Shown: positions 10,196 to 18,148 of the stretch, one piece after another | Layout of the letters: the number at the start of each line of letters is the position of its first letter | Numbering within the stretch: position 1 is the first letter of the stretch | Assembly: GCA_934385225.1 (NCBI GenBank) | Contig: CAKRPQ010000001.1 | Span: forward strand, 4,876-68,875 | DNA from: an uncultured Eubacteriales bacterium | GTDB lineage: Bacteria > Bacillota > Clostridia > Oscillospirales > CAG-272 | Direction: 5' to 3' | Length of the DNA: 64,000 nt | Translations under genes and position numbers: made by a program | Notes under the pieces: model-generated | Databases searched by the model: none | What the model saw: the letters and a program-made list of their open reading frames with translations, nothing else | What the model was told of the DNA's origin: nothing

Positions 10196-10388
10196 ATTTG
10201 AATTTACGCTTCGTATGAATGAGGAAATGATAAAAAAATTTCTTTTCATCTCCGAAAAAGAGGGCAGAACGCCGAATAATCAGTTTCTCTTCATGCTCCG
10301 AAACAACATAGCGTACTACGAAAAGACGAAGGGCAAATTGAAGCCGTCCGATCTTGCCGAAATCGACGTTTCGGAATTTGAAAAATAA
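10185..10388 (+). CDS. Arc/ribbon-helix-helix-like small DNA-binding protein
   Basis: ATG 10185 (GGAAAGGAAA RBS) overlaps the previous gene by 11 nt. The 67-aa protein FTLRMNEEMIKKFLFISEKEGRTPNNQFLFMLRNNI shows an RHH beta-alpha-alpha pattern. Confidence 0.6.
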   Translation: MKNEFEFTLRMNEEMIKKFLFISEKEGRTPNNQFLFMLRNNIAYYEKTKGKLKPSDLAEIDVSEFEK

Positions 10389-10396
10389 ATGAATAG

Positions 10397-10451
10397 ATCT
10401 CCTTTTCAAGGGCAAAAATTATCCTGTAAACAAAGAAAAGGAGATTTTTTT
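10397..10451 (+). promoter_or_regulatory. hairpin plus T-run whose 3' arm contains the RBS of the CotF-like gene
   Basis: ATCTCCTTTTC (10397-10407) pairs with GAAAAGGAGAT (10435-10445), followed by a T-run at 10445-10451 and the ATG at 10453. Confidence 0.4.
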
Positions 10452-10452
10452 C

Positions 10453-10911
10453 ATGAATACACTCACAACAAAAGAAAACGGACTTCTTAAAGACCTCAAA
10501 ATGCAGGAACAGCTCTGCATAGACAAGTACACAAAATACGCGTCCGAGGCAAAGTCCGCGGAGCTTTCCGCCCTCTTCACTTCGATTGCAAAGACGGAAT
10601 GCGAGCATCTCAAAACGATAAACGAAATAATGGACGGCAAAGTCCCCGTAATGCCCGCGACGATAGGCAATTCGAACAATGAGCATACTTCCGCCTGCAA
10701 GTATGAGAGCGAAGAGGATAAAAAGCACGACGCATTTATGTGCAACGATATGCTCTCGACAGAAAAGCATGCGTCGAGCGTCTATGACGTCAGCGTTTTT
10801 GAGTTTATAAACCCCGAAAACAGACGTACCCTTAACCATATCCAGGCGGAAGAACAGCAGCACGGCGAACAGCTCTATAAGTATATGTCAAATAATAATA
10901 TGCAGTCGTAA
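10453..10911 (+). CDS. spore coat protein F (Coat_F) family protein
   Basis: LLKDLKMQEQLCIDKYTKYASEAKSAELSALFTSIAKTECEHLKTINEIM is a ferritin-like four-helix CotF pattern. Confidence 0.75.
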   Translation: MNTLTTKENGLLKDLKMQEQLCIDKYTKYASEAKSAELSALFTSIAKTECEHLKTINEIMDGKVPVMPATIGNSNNEHTSACKYESEEDKKHDAFMCNDMLSTEKHASSVYDVSVFEFINPENRRTLNHIQAEEQQHGEQLYKYMSNNNMQS

Positions 10912-10935
10912 ATCGCAGCCGCCTAAAATATTGAT

Positions 10936-10974
10936 TCTCCGCACAGCCGAAAAGAGGGTGTGCGGAGATTTTTT
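10936..10974 (+). terminator. rho-independent terminator after the CotF-like gene
   Basis: TCTCCGCACA (10936-10945) pairs with TGTGCGGAGA (10959-10968), followed by TTTTTT. Confidence 0.6.
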
Positions 10975-11004
10975 CTTCGTAACATATTCGTTTTTCGTGG
11001 ATTT

Positions 11005-11289
11005 TCATTTCTCGTCCTCTTTCATCTTTTCTTCAAGCTCCGCAAAATCAATGCCGTACCGTTTCTCAATGTATTCGAGCGCGCAAATGATCCCTTTGCC
11101 GACAAAAAGCTCGTTCGAGCCGAGTATGTATTTCATATTCCGCACGGTGAACGGCGTTAGTAACTTTGATCTTGAAAAGTTGTCCTCGTTCAATTTTGTT
11201 CTGATTTTGTAGGAATTGCCCTTTTCTTTTTCCGCTCCGTCCGTCCGTGTACGGTGTCGTTTTGCTCCTACTTTCGCTCTCGCGCGCAT
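11005..11289 (-). CDS. hypothetical protein / possible gene remnant in AT-rich DNA
   Basis: 94-aa ORF with no convincing RBS. Only the C-terminal half (NMKYILGSNELFVGKGIICALEYIEKRYGIDFAELEEKMKEDEK) looks protein-like. Confidence 0.25.
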   Translation of the reverse strand: MRARAKVGAKRHRTRTDGAEKEKGNSYKIRTKLNEDNFSRSKLLTPFTVRNMKYILGSNELFVGKGIICALEYIEKRYGIDFAELEEKMKEDEK

Positions 11290-11513
11290 ATATATAGTGT
11301 CGGCGTACGGTGGTAACGCACATTTTTATCCGACCTAATCTTATTTTGTAGTGTAACAATATACATTTTTAAATGAACGAAAGAATTTTTTCGCTATTTA
11401 TATAGCGGTTTATATATTTTAAAGCGAAATAAATGTAAAATTTCTATGAACAAATCGTGTTTTCCGATTTCAGAACAAAAAAAAATCGTAACATTCGTTT
11501 CCGATTTTTACTC

Positions 11514-11542
11514 TTGACATACGCACAAAAAAATGCTATAAT
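11514..11542 (+). promoter_or_regulatory. sigma-A promoter with extended -10, upstream of the tRNA-Pro locus
   Basis: TTGACA (11514-11519), 17 nt, TGcTATAAT (-10 at 11537-11542). Confidence 0.6.
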
Positions 11543-11564
11543 ATGTAAATGCAATATGTCATAT

Positions 11565-11602
11565 CGGGGTGTGGCGCAGCTGGTAGCGCGCGAAGTTTGG
11601 GA
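11565..11602 (+). pseudogene. 5'-half copy of tRNA-Pro (acceptor 5' arm, D arm, anticodon loop); no 3' half
   Basis: 11563-11593 is identical to 11780-11810 of the intact gene. One mismatch follows, then GTTTGGGA is again identical. Downstream sequence cannot form the anticodon stem or a T arm. Confidence 0.6.
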
Positions 11603-11700
11603 GCGTGTGACCGCCTCGTGAGCCGACCGCCGAAAGCTCGCAAAATCTCCGTTTTTCTCGCGTTTCCTCGCTTTTCCGCCGCCGTGTGTTTCGGAAAAAA

Positions 11701-11742
11701 CTTTTGACCACAGATAAAACTTTTGACCACAGATTTGACCAC
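11701..11742 (+). repeat. direct repeats CTTTTGACCACAGAT x2 plus TTGACCAC (arm-site-like)
   Basis: Copies at 11701-11715 and 11720-11734, with a partial copy at 11735-11742. A related TTTTGACCGCA lies at 11868-11878, just 3' of the tRNA. Confidence 0.7.
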
Positions 11743-11781
11743 TTACGGATTAGACCGCAAAAACCGAATATTTTCACCAAT

Positions 11782-11857
11782 CGGGGTGTGGCGCAGCTGG
11801 TAGCGCGCGACGTTTGGGACGTCGATGCCGTCGGTTCGAATCCGGCCACTCCGACCA
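11782..11857 (+). tRNA. tRNA-Pro (anticodon UGG), CCA encoded
   Basis: Manual cloverleaf. Acceptor CGGGGTG/CACTCCG. D arm GCGC-AGCTGGTA-GCGC. Anticodon arm CGACG-TTTGGGA-CGTCG (UGG, G37). T arm GTCGG-TTCGAAT-CCGGC. Discriminator A followed by CCA. Total 76 nt. Confidence 0.93.
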
Positions 11858-11880
11858 AAAAACGCGGTTTTGACCGCATG

Positions 11881-11914
11881 AAAGCCGCAAAGTTGGGTTA
11901 CTTTGCGGCTTTTT
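11881..11914 (+). terminator. rho-independent terminator after tRNA-Pro
   Basis: AAAGCCGCAAAG (11881-11892) pairs with CTTTGCGGCTTT (11901-11912), followed by a T-run. Confidence 0.65.
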
Positions 11915-11938
11915 ATCACATCAAGAAAGGATTATGCA

Positions 11939-13042
11939 ATGATTATTTTAAGACAAGGCAAGGCTAAAAGGATTTTGGATGGGTCCATAAATAGCGCCCT
12001 AACCGCCGTTGAAACATATAATCGCCCTCGTACTTTGTTTAGAATCGAAAATTATATAGTCCTTATGATTATTGCTTGGACAAAATTATTTCATGCCTTC
12101 TTTCAAAGCGAAATTGGCGAAAGGTATTTTTACAAAGAAAAAAATGGGCGCTATAAAAAAATTGATGGTGAAAAGAAAGCTTGGGAGTTAACTGAGTGCA
12201 TTAGAGAATATCAGAAATTAAGAAAATCCTATTCCAATCTGTCAGAAGCAACCGTTGCTAATTTAAACTTTTTCATTGGGTTGCGTAATAAAATTGAACA
12301 TCGATATTGGGACGGATCATCATTGGATATTCTTCTTTTTGGTGAATGTCAAGCACTATTGTTTAATTACGAAACCTTGATGGTAACGTTATTTGGCGAT
12401 GATTATTCAATAAACACATGTCTTGCGTATGCTCTTCAATTTTCACACTTACGTGCCCAAGAGCAAATAAAAGCGCAAAGAGATTTATTGTCAAAAGATA
12501 TGCAAGACATAAAAAAATACATTGACAAATATAAAACCGATTTGCCACAAGAAATTTTTGACAGTCAAGAGTACAGCATAAAACTATTACAAATCCCTAA
12601 AATAAGTAACGCCAATCGCCACGATTTGTCTGTCGAGTTCGTCAATTGGAATACTTTGAATGATGAAGATAGAGAAAACTACAACAGAATTAGTACAATT
12701 ATTAAAGACAAAGTGATTGTTCAAAGGGTATCAAATGCAAGTTTGATGCGCCCTTGCGATGTTATCAATGCCGTGAAACAGCAATCCGGGGTTAACCTAT
12801 CATACAACGACCATACACTTCTTTGGAAGTGCTTTAAGGTTCGTCCACAAACAAATAGTGGTGCGAAATTTGATACGATTCCCAGATACTGTATCTACGA
12901 CGAACCACACAACGATTATCTTTACTCGGAAGATTGGGTGAGCATTATTGTTCAATTGCTTCGTGAGAGAATTATTACTAAAGAAACCATTCGTGAGTTT
13001 TGCGCTCAATCCCGAGCTATTTCCGAGTACGAATCACGTTAA
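11939..13042 (+). CDS. DUF3644-like protein (unknown function) in an AT-rich islet
   Basis: ATG 11939 with AAAGGA 8 nt upstream; the track's TTG 11903 lies inside the terminator. The N-terminus SINSALTAVETYNRPRTLFRIENYIVLMIIAWTKLFHAFF resembles the DUF3644 signature as I remember it. The gene is clearly more AT-rich than its flanks. Confidence 0.8.
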   Translation: MIILRQGKAKRILDGSINSALTAVETYNRPRTLFRIENYIVLMIIAWTKLFHAFFQSEIGERYFYKEKNGRYKKIDGEKKAWELTECIREYQKLRKSYSNLSEATVANLNFFIGLRNKIEHRYWDGSSLDILLFGECQALLFNYETLMVTLFGDDYSINTCLAYALQFSHLRAQEQIKAQRDLLSKDMQDIKKYIDKYKTDLPQEIFDSQEYSIKLLQIPKISNANRHDLSVEFVNWNTLNDEDRENYNRISTIIKDKVIVQRVSNASLMRPCDVINAVKQQSGVNLSYNDHTLLWKCFKVRPQTNSGAKFDTIPRYCIYDEPHNDYLYSEDWVSIIVQLLRERIITKETIREFCAQSRAISEYESR

Positions 13043-13114
13043 TTATTTGCGTATTTTTTCTTTGTCTACCGCAACCCCAATATTGAAGGGCGACCGTTCG
13101 TGGTCGCCCCTTTG

Positions 13115-13562
13115 CTATGCCTGTTTTGCCTTTTTCTTTTCGGTTGCAATTTCCGCTTTCATCGTTTTTATCAGCTCTGCCAGCTTCTCCTCGCACTCCT
13201 CCCGCGTGGTGGCGCAGGTCGTGAAACCGCACCCGCTTGCAGTTTGCGCGTTCCAGTATCTTCTGAAACCGATGATAGACCGCCGAAGGGTGTCGCGGTT
13301 GCGTGAGGTCAAGCGGGGACGGGAAAATCCATTCACTGTCGGTTCGCGTTTTCAGTTCTGCCATCAGTTCGAGCATTTCGGACGGCAACAGAATCATGCG
13401 GTTGGAGGATTTCGTTTTCGGTGTGGAGATCAGCACCTTTCCGTTGACCTTCAGCACCTGCCGCGAGATGTGCAGCTCACCTGTTTTCAGATTCAGATCC
13501 CGCCATTTCAGCGCGAGAATTTCGCCTGTCTTTGCAACAGCGGCGGGCTGTCTCTTATCCAT
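13115..13562 (-). pseudogene. scrambled tyrosine-recombinase (integrase) remnant
   Basis: ORF 13017..13562 carries GEILALKWRDLNL...TPKTKSSNRMILLP...RVRFHDLRHH (box II HxxR). It lacks the box I Arg context and the catalytic Tyr region. After HDLRHH only a shifted frame (ORF 13115..13336) makes sense, reading REECEEKLAELIKTMKAEIATEKKKAK, which is an integrase N-terminal-linker-like segment. Confidence 0.7.
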
Positions 13563-13612
13563 TTCCCGTATGTCGTGGAGGACGTTTTAGCCGAATAAAG
13601 CGTCAAAAAGAA

Positions 13613-13657
13613 GCAGCCCAAAAACCAAAAATGCGTTTTGGGGCTGCCCCTTTTTTT
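13613..13657. terminator. bidirectional terminator between the islet and the glycoside hydrolase gene
   Basis: GCAGCCCAAAA (13613-13623) pairs with TTTTGGGGCTGC (13636-13647). A T-run follows on the plus strand (13651-13657), and TTCTTTTT follows on the minus strand. Confidence 0.65.
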
Positions 13658-13679
13658 AATATTTTCCGTTCTTTATCCC

Positions 13680-16600
13680 TTATCCCTTATCCGTCAGAAG
13701 CGTCACGGTCGGTGCGCCGAGCAGTCCCGACGGGCGCAGACGGTAACATTCCGTCCACGAGTCGCCCGTCGTTCTCCATGCGCCCGGATCTATCCAGTCT
13801 GTTTTTGCGTCGGCAAGGTGGAGCGGAGACAGGCAATTATAACGCGGAATATACGCGTTTATTTCGAGCATATGTTCGCCTTTTTTCACCCCGCCAAGCT
13901 CCGCCGTGTACGGAGAGTACGCGATTACGCTCTTCTTTTCGCCGTCAAGCGTTACGGTCATGACGTGCGCCGAGAAATGTGGGGCATGAATTTTGAGCGT
14001 GCCGTTTTCGGGAAGAGTGACGGGAATTTTATATGTAAGCACTCCGCCGAAATGCGCAAGTCCCTGCACCGCCACGTCGTCAAAGCCGACTTTTTCTTCG
14101 GTTTTGACTATAACGCGTTCCTCGCCCGCGATCTTCACGCCGAAATTGCCGAGAAGATAGCAATATTCGAGGTCTGTACTTTCGCCAAACGGCAGCGTGA
14201 CCGTGATGACGTTCTCGCCAATGTCAAGAGGCGGAAGCGCGACTTTTCTTATCGAGCGGTCGATATAATAGCCGCAGTCCGTGTTCGGAACGGCCTCACC
14301 GTTACAGGTTATCTCGGCAACGTCCGCGTCTTCGAGCGCAAGAAGCGGCGCGGCGATGGGTGTTTCGCAAATGACTGTGAATTTCATCGTCGCCTTATGC
14401 GTGACCTCTCTGTTTTTGACGGCGTAGGGTTGCAGCACGTTCCAGCTTCTCCTCGGAATACCGAGCGCGTCGCGGAGCTCGTTATCGCCGCGCAGTATCT
14501 CGGTTTCGGGCGAAAATTCGCCGCCGTCAAGCGCCATGCACGCCTTATCGAGCAGGTAGACATTCGGCTCGGAGAGCGTATAAGCGACTTTTTTCGGCAC
14601 GGAAACGGAAATTTCGCGTCCGTACCGCTTTTCTTTTTCTTCCTTTTCGGGCAGCCCCGCGTCGTCATTGCCATCGGCATCGTCATCGGCAAAGAAAATA
14701 AGCGCGCTGTCGTAGTCGAAAAGGTCGAGCGTCATATATGTAAAGCCGTCCGCGCGTTTCGACGCTTTGCCGTAGACTTTACCCGTCTGCGTGTCCCATA
14801 TCTGCGGGAAATACGTTCCGCGAAGGCGCAGATTTATCGTCTCTTTTCTCGGAATATTTCGGTTATAGGGGTCTTTGCAGTGCGAGAGGAAGAGCCATAT
14901 GCCGTCGGTATCGCGGCGAAGGCAATGAAGAATATTATCCGTGTACGAGCCGTCCTTCCCGCGCAGTTCGAGCGTTCTGAACGGTTCGAGAGCGGAAACG
15001 AGAGGCTCTCGCTGAAATTCGATATTTTCGGCAAGACGCGAAAGTTTCTTTCCGCGTTCTGTCGGCAAAGCGTTTTCGTATTTCGGCGCGTCGCCGAGAA
15101 TTATGAGCTTTCCGCCGTCTTTTGCGAACGCTTCGAGGCGTTCGTATGTGGTCGGACGGAGCGTTTCGCACGCGGGAACGATTATGACGTCGTACTTCAT
15201 CTCGCCGACACAGAGAGGCGACGTGCCTTTCTCGCAGACGGACGGCAGAAGTGCCTCGGAAATGAAGTCAAAATCAAGTCCGCCGTAGAGAAGCCACTCG
15301 GTTATATTCTTGAAATTTTCGTCGAGCTGTGCGCGCAGAAATCCCGTTCTGTCGTTCGGTCCGTAGTGGAGCCAATAGCTCTCTATCGGGTGAATGACGC
15401 CGATGCGCACCATTGCCTTTCCGCGTGTAAGCGCGGTATTAACGCGCGCAAAGTGGTCTTCGACGTAGCCGAATTCGGGATAGTAGGGCGACTGATAGGA
15501 AATAGAGCCGGGGTAATCGCGCTTCGCCTCGCCCTTCATCGAAACCCACGAAAGGTGCGGTACGCGGACGGTCACGCCGAGTGCCGCCTGCCAGTCGCCG
15601 TAGAGCTTGAAGCCGCGGAAGTCGAAATCCCAGTTCGTAACGCCGTAAAGCTCGCTCGTCATTCCCGCTTTGCCGTACTGGCGCACGACGGACTGCGTCT
15701 GTTTTGCCGTCGTCAGTTCGCGGTTTGCGACAAGCATATCTATGCCGGGAATACCGAAAGCGGGATAGGAGCGCATTGCCTCGCCTATGGCGGAGGTCTG
15801 GTTGAAGAGCGTATCCTCACCGAAGAGGTGTCCCGTCATAAGAATTCCGTGCTTTTCGCACCACGCGCCGTATCTGCCCGCAAATGTCTCCGAAAAACGG
15901 TCGCAGACGTGGTCGTGAAAGCGGTATCGTATGACGGACGGCACGCCGTCCGCTTTTTCAAAGAAAAGTTCGGGAAGATGTTCAAGGAGCGACACGCCGT
16001 ACTTTTCGCGGAAAGAGGCGTCAAGGTCGTCCGTCCACGGGATACGCGCTTCCCTGCTCTCTTTTGCAAATGTAAGCGGGCGGTCGGCATTAAACTGCGG
16101 CTCGTCCGTAAAAATCGCGGGAACTGTGCCGCCGAAAAGATCGCCGACTTTTTCGTAATATTTTTCGTGCGTCACTTCAAGGAAGCGATCAACAGCCCTC
16201 GGATTCATCGCGTCGATATAGGTCTGCCCGTTATGCCACGGCTCGGACGGTTCGAGCGTGCGGTAGGCATACAGGAGCGTGCCCTCCGCCTCATCTTTTT
16301 CGCTGTCGTCAAGCATTCTGTAAGAAACGAGGTCGCCCTTATCATTGAGCTTCACGTCGTAACGCGCGAGAAGAACGGGGTCTGTATCGGCGTCGTAATC
16401 GAGCCTGTCGCGCCTGAAAAGCACGCGTCTGCCGCGGAGACTGCGATCCCTTGTGACGATACCGCCCGCGGGTCCCGACGCATAGCGATCCTCATCGTAG
16501 AGCCATGCGAGCATATTGTTTTCCCGCGCATGAAGCACGCAGTCGCGGACGAGATCCATAAATTCGTCGCCGAGATACGGCGTTGCGAGTCCCGTGCGGA

Positions 16601-16778
16601 CGTGCATATGGAATCCGCCGAATCCCATCTCGCGGAAAATGTCGATCTGGCGCAGAAGCTCATCGTGTTCAAGGCGGCAGTTCCATGCCCAGAACGGTGC
16701 GGCGCGGTACTCCGACGTCGGCTTTTCAAAAAGTGATCTGTTAAGGCTTTTTTCGGAGCGGTTTTTTTCGTATATCAT
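13680..16778 (-). CDS. large glycoside-hydrolase-like protein (N-terminal PFWAWN/GFGGFHMH TIM-barrel type; family not resolved)
   Basis: Start re-called to MIYEKNRSEK (ATG 16778, GAGGGAG RBS). The N-terminus AAPFWAWNCRLEHDELLRQIDIFREMGFGGFHMHVRTGLATPYLGDEF is typical of about 1000-aa clostridial glycosyl hydrolases. The 1032-aa + ORF at 13638..16736 is its shadow. Confidence 0.85.
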   Translation of the reverse strand: MIYEKNRSEKSLNRSLFEKPTSEYRAAPFWAWNCRLEHDELLRQIDIFREMGFGGFHMHVRTGLATPYLGDEFMDLVRDCVLHARENNMLAWLYDEDRYASGPAGGIVTRDRSLRGRRVLFRRDRLDYDADTDPVLLARYDVKLNDKGDLVSYRMLDDSEKDEAEGTLLYAYRTLEPSEPWHNGQTYIDAMNPRAVDRFLEVTHEKYYEKVGDLFGGTVPAIFTDEPQFNADRPLTFAKESREARIPWTDDLDASFREKYGVSLLEHLPELFFEKADGVPSVIRYRFHDHVCDRFSETFAGRYGAWCEKHGILMTGHLFGEDTLFNQTSAIGEAMRSYPAFGIPGIDMLVANRELTTAKQTQSVVRQYGKAGMTSELYGVTNWDFDFRGFKLYGDWQAALGVTVRVPHLSWVSMKGEAKRDYPGSISYQSPYYPEFGYVEDHFARVNTALTRGKAMVRIGVIHPIESYWLHYGPNDRTGFLRAQLDENFKNITEWLLYGGLDFDFISEALLPSVCEKGTSPLCVGEMKYDVIIVPACETLRPTTYERLEAFAKDGGKLIILGDAPKYENALPTERGKKLSRLAENIEFQREPLVSALEPFRTLELRGKDGSYTDNILHCLRRDTDGIWLFLSHCKDPYNRNIPRKETINLRLRGTYFPQIWDTQTGKVYGKASKRADGFTYMTLDLFDYDSALIFFADDDADGNDDAGLPEKEEKEKRYGREISVSVPKKVAYTLSEPNVYLLDKACMALDGGEFSPETEILRGDNELRDALGIPRRSWNVLQPYAVKNREVTHKATMKFTVICETPIAAPLLALEDADVAEITCNGEAVPNTDCGYYIDRSIRKVALPPLDIGENVITVTLPFGESTDLEYCYLLGNFGVKIAGEERVIVKTEEKVGFDDVAVQGLAHFGGVLTYKIPVTLPENGTLKIHAPHFSAHVMTVTLDGEKKSVIAYSPYTAELGGVKKGEHMLEINAYIPRYNCLSPLHLADAKTDWIDPGAWRTTGDSWTECYRLRPSGLLGAPTVTLLTDKG

Positions 16779-16923
16779 ATTTCTCCCTCTCTTGAAATAA
16801 ATAATATCGGTTAAATTATAACATAACAAAACACCGGTTTCAATGGATTTTTGCACAATCTTTTTGTGTTTTTTGGATTTTTGTTGTCTTTCACGGTAAA
16901 TTATTAAAAAATCCTGAAAACCG

Positions 16924-16952
16924 TTGAAAAATCAAACGAGCCGTGCTATACT
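16924..16952 (+). promoter_or_regulatory. putative sigma-A promoter for the alpha/beta hydrolase gene
   Basis: TTGAAA (16924-16929), 17 nt, TGcTATACT (-10 at 16947-16952). Confidence 0.5.
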
Positions 16953-16987
16953 AATGTTGGCAAATACCGCTTGACGGAGGTATCAAA

Positions 16988-17593
16988 ATGAAAAAACTTG
17001 TTATATACATACACGGAAAAGGCGGAAGCGCCTCAGAGGCAAAGCACTACGAACCGCTTTTCGCGGACTGCGACGTTATCGGGTTTGACTACACGTCGGA
17101 GACACCGTGGCAGGCGAAAGAGGAATTTACGCGCTTTTTCGACAAAAAGCGGGATGAATACGGCGATATTACTCTTATCGCGAACAGCATCGGAGCGTTC
17201 TTTTCGCTGTGTTCCCTCTCGGAAAAGCAGATAGACAGAGCATTTCTCATCTCTCCCGTTGCAGACATGGAAAAGCTGATCTCGGATATGCTCATGTGGG
17301 CGGGCAAGAGCGAGGACGAGCTTCGCGAGCGCGGCGAAATTCCGACCGATTTCGGCGAAACGCTCTCGTGGGACTATCTCCGCTACGTTCGCGAAAATCC
17401 GATAAAGATAAAATGGGGCGCGAAAACAAAAATCCTCTACGGCGACGGCGACAATCTGACGTCGCCCGAAACAATAAAAGCCTTTGCCGAGCGCACGGGC
17501 GCTTCTCTCACCGTTATGCACGGCGGCGAGCACTGGTTTCACACGGAGGAGCAGATGAAATTTCTTGACAACTGGATTCTCTCGAAAAAATAA
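16988..17593 (+). CDS. alpha/beta-fold serine hydrolase (small esterase type)
   Basis: LVIYIHGKGGS oxyanion-type start, nucleophile elbow LIANSIGAF, and a C-terminal GGEHWF His block. GGAGG RBS. Confidence 0.8.
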   Translation: MKKLVIYIHGKGGSASEAKHYEPLFADCDVIGFDYTSETPWQAKEEFTRFFDKKRDEYGDITLIANSIGAFFSLCSLSEKQIDRAFLISPVADMEKLISDMLMWAGKSEDELRERGEIPTDFGETLSWDYLRYVRENPIKIKWGAKTKILYGDGDNLTSPETIKAFAERTGASLTVMHGGEHWFHTEEQMKFLDNWILSKK

Positions 17594-17636
17594 GATCGGC
17601 CTGCCCCAAAACGCAAGAAAAGGAGAAAACACGGCT

Positions 17637-18029
17637 ATGACTATGTCACGGGAATCCTTTCTCGAATACTGCAAAGAACGTTTCGGAACATCGCCCGACT
17701 ATCCATTTGAGGATAACGCAGACGCGGCTGTTCTGCGACACGGTGACAACCGCAAATGGTACGCGCTTCTTATTCGTGTTCCGCGGCGGAAATTCGGTCT
17801 TGACGATGGCGGAACGGCAGACGTTGTCAACCTGAAACTGCCAGCCGAAATGTTCGGTTCGTTTGGCATAGCGGACGGCGTTTATCCCGCATATCACATG
17901 AACAAACTTCACTGGGTATCGGTGCTGCTCGCGGACGCTTCGGACGAGACCGTCCGTTTTCTCACAAACGCAAGCTACGAGGCGACAAAAAGCCGAAAAG
18001 GCTTAAAACGCGGCTCGCGTCCCCGCTAA
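17637..18029 (+). CDS. MmcQ/YjbR-family protein
   Basis: Start re-called to MTMSRESFLEYC (ATG 17637). The motifs YPFEDNADAAVLRHGDNRKWYALL...YHMNKLHWVSVLL are typical of YjbR/MmcQ. Confidence 0.8.
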   Translation: MTMSRESFLEYCKERFGTSPDYPFEDNADAAVLRHGDNRKWYALLIRVPRRKFGLDDGGTADVVNLKLPAEMFGSFGIADGVYPAYHMNKLHWVSVLLADASDETVRFLTNASYEATKSRKGLKRGSRPR

Positions 18030-18148
18030 GAGCGGAATTCTTCTCCCGACGCATAGCACAATAGTTCTCTTTTTCGGCACAATACTGTCTTTACTTTTGT
18101 GAAATTCGGGGTTATAATTATTACAAATAAAATTCGGAGGTAACACAA

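Noticed and set aside
11565-11857. tRNA-Pro interrupted by a group I intron or split tRNA (5' half at 11565, 3' half in the downstream copy)
   Set aside because: The downstream copy is a complete, well-folding 76-nt tRNA with its own 5' half. The 180-nt intervening sequence shows no P-helix-like pairing and is dominated by direct repeats. A duplication or att scar is the simpler reading.
13638-16736. 1032-aa plus-strand ORF, the longest ORF in its region
   Set aside because: It is exactly antisense to the well-supported glycoside hydrolase gene (13680..16778). The translation is R/A/V/F/K-rich low-complexity with no recognisable domain and no RBS. It is a typical shadow ORF of a GC-rich, codon-biased gene.
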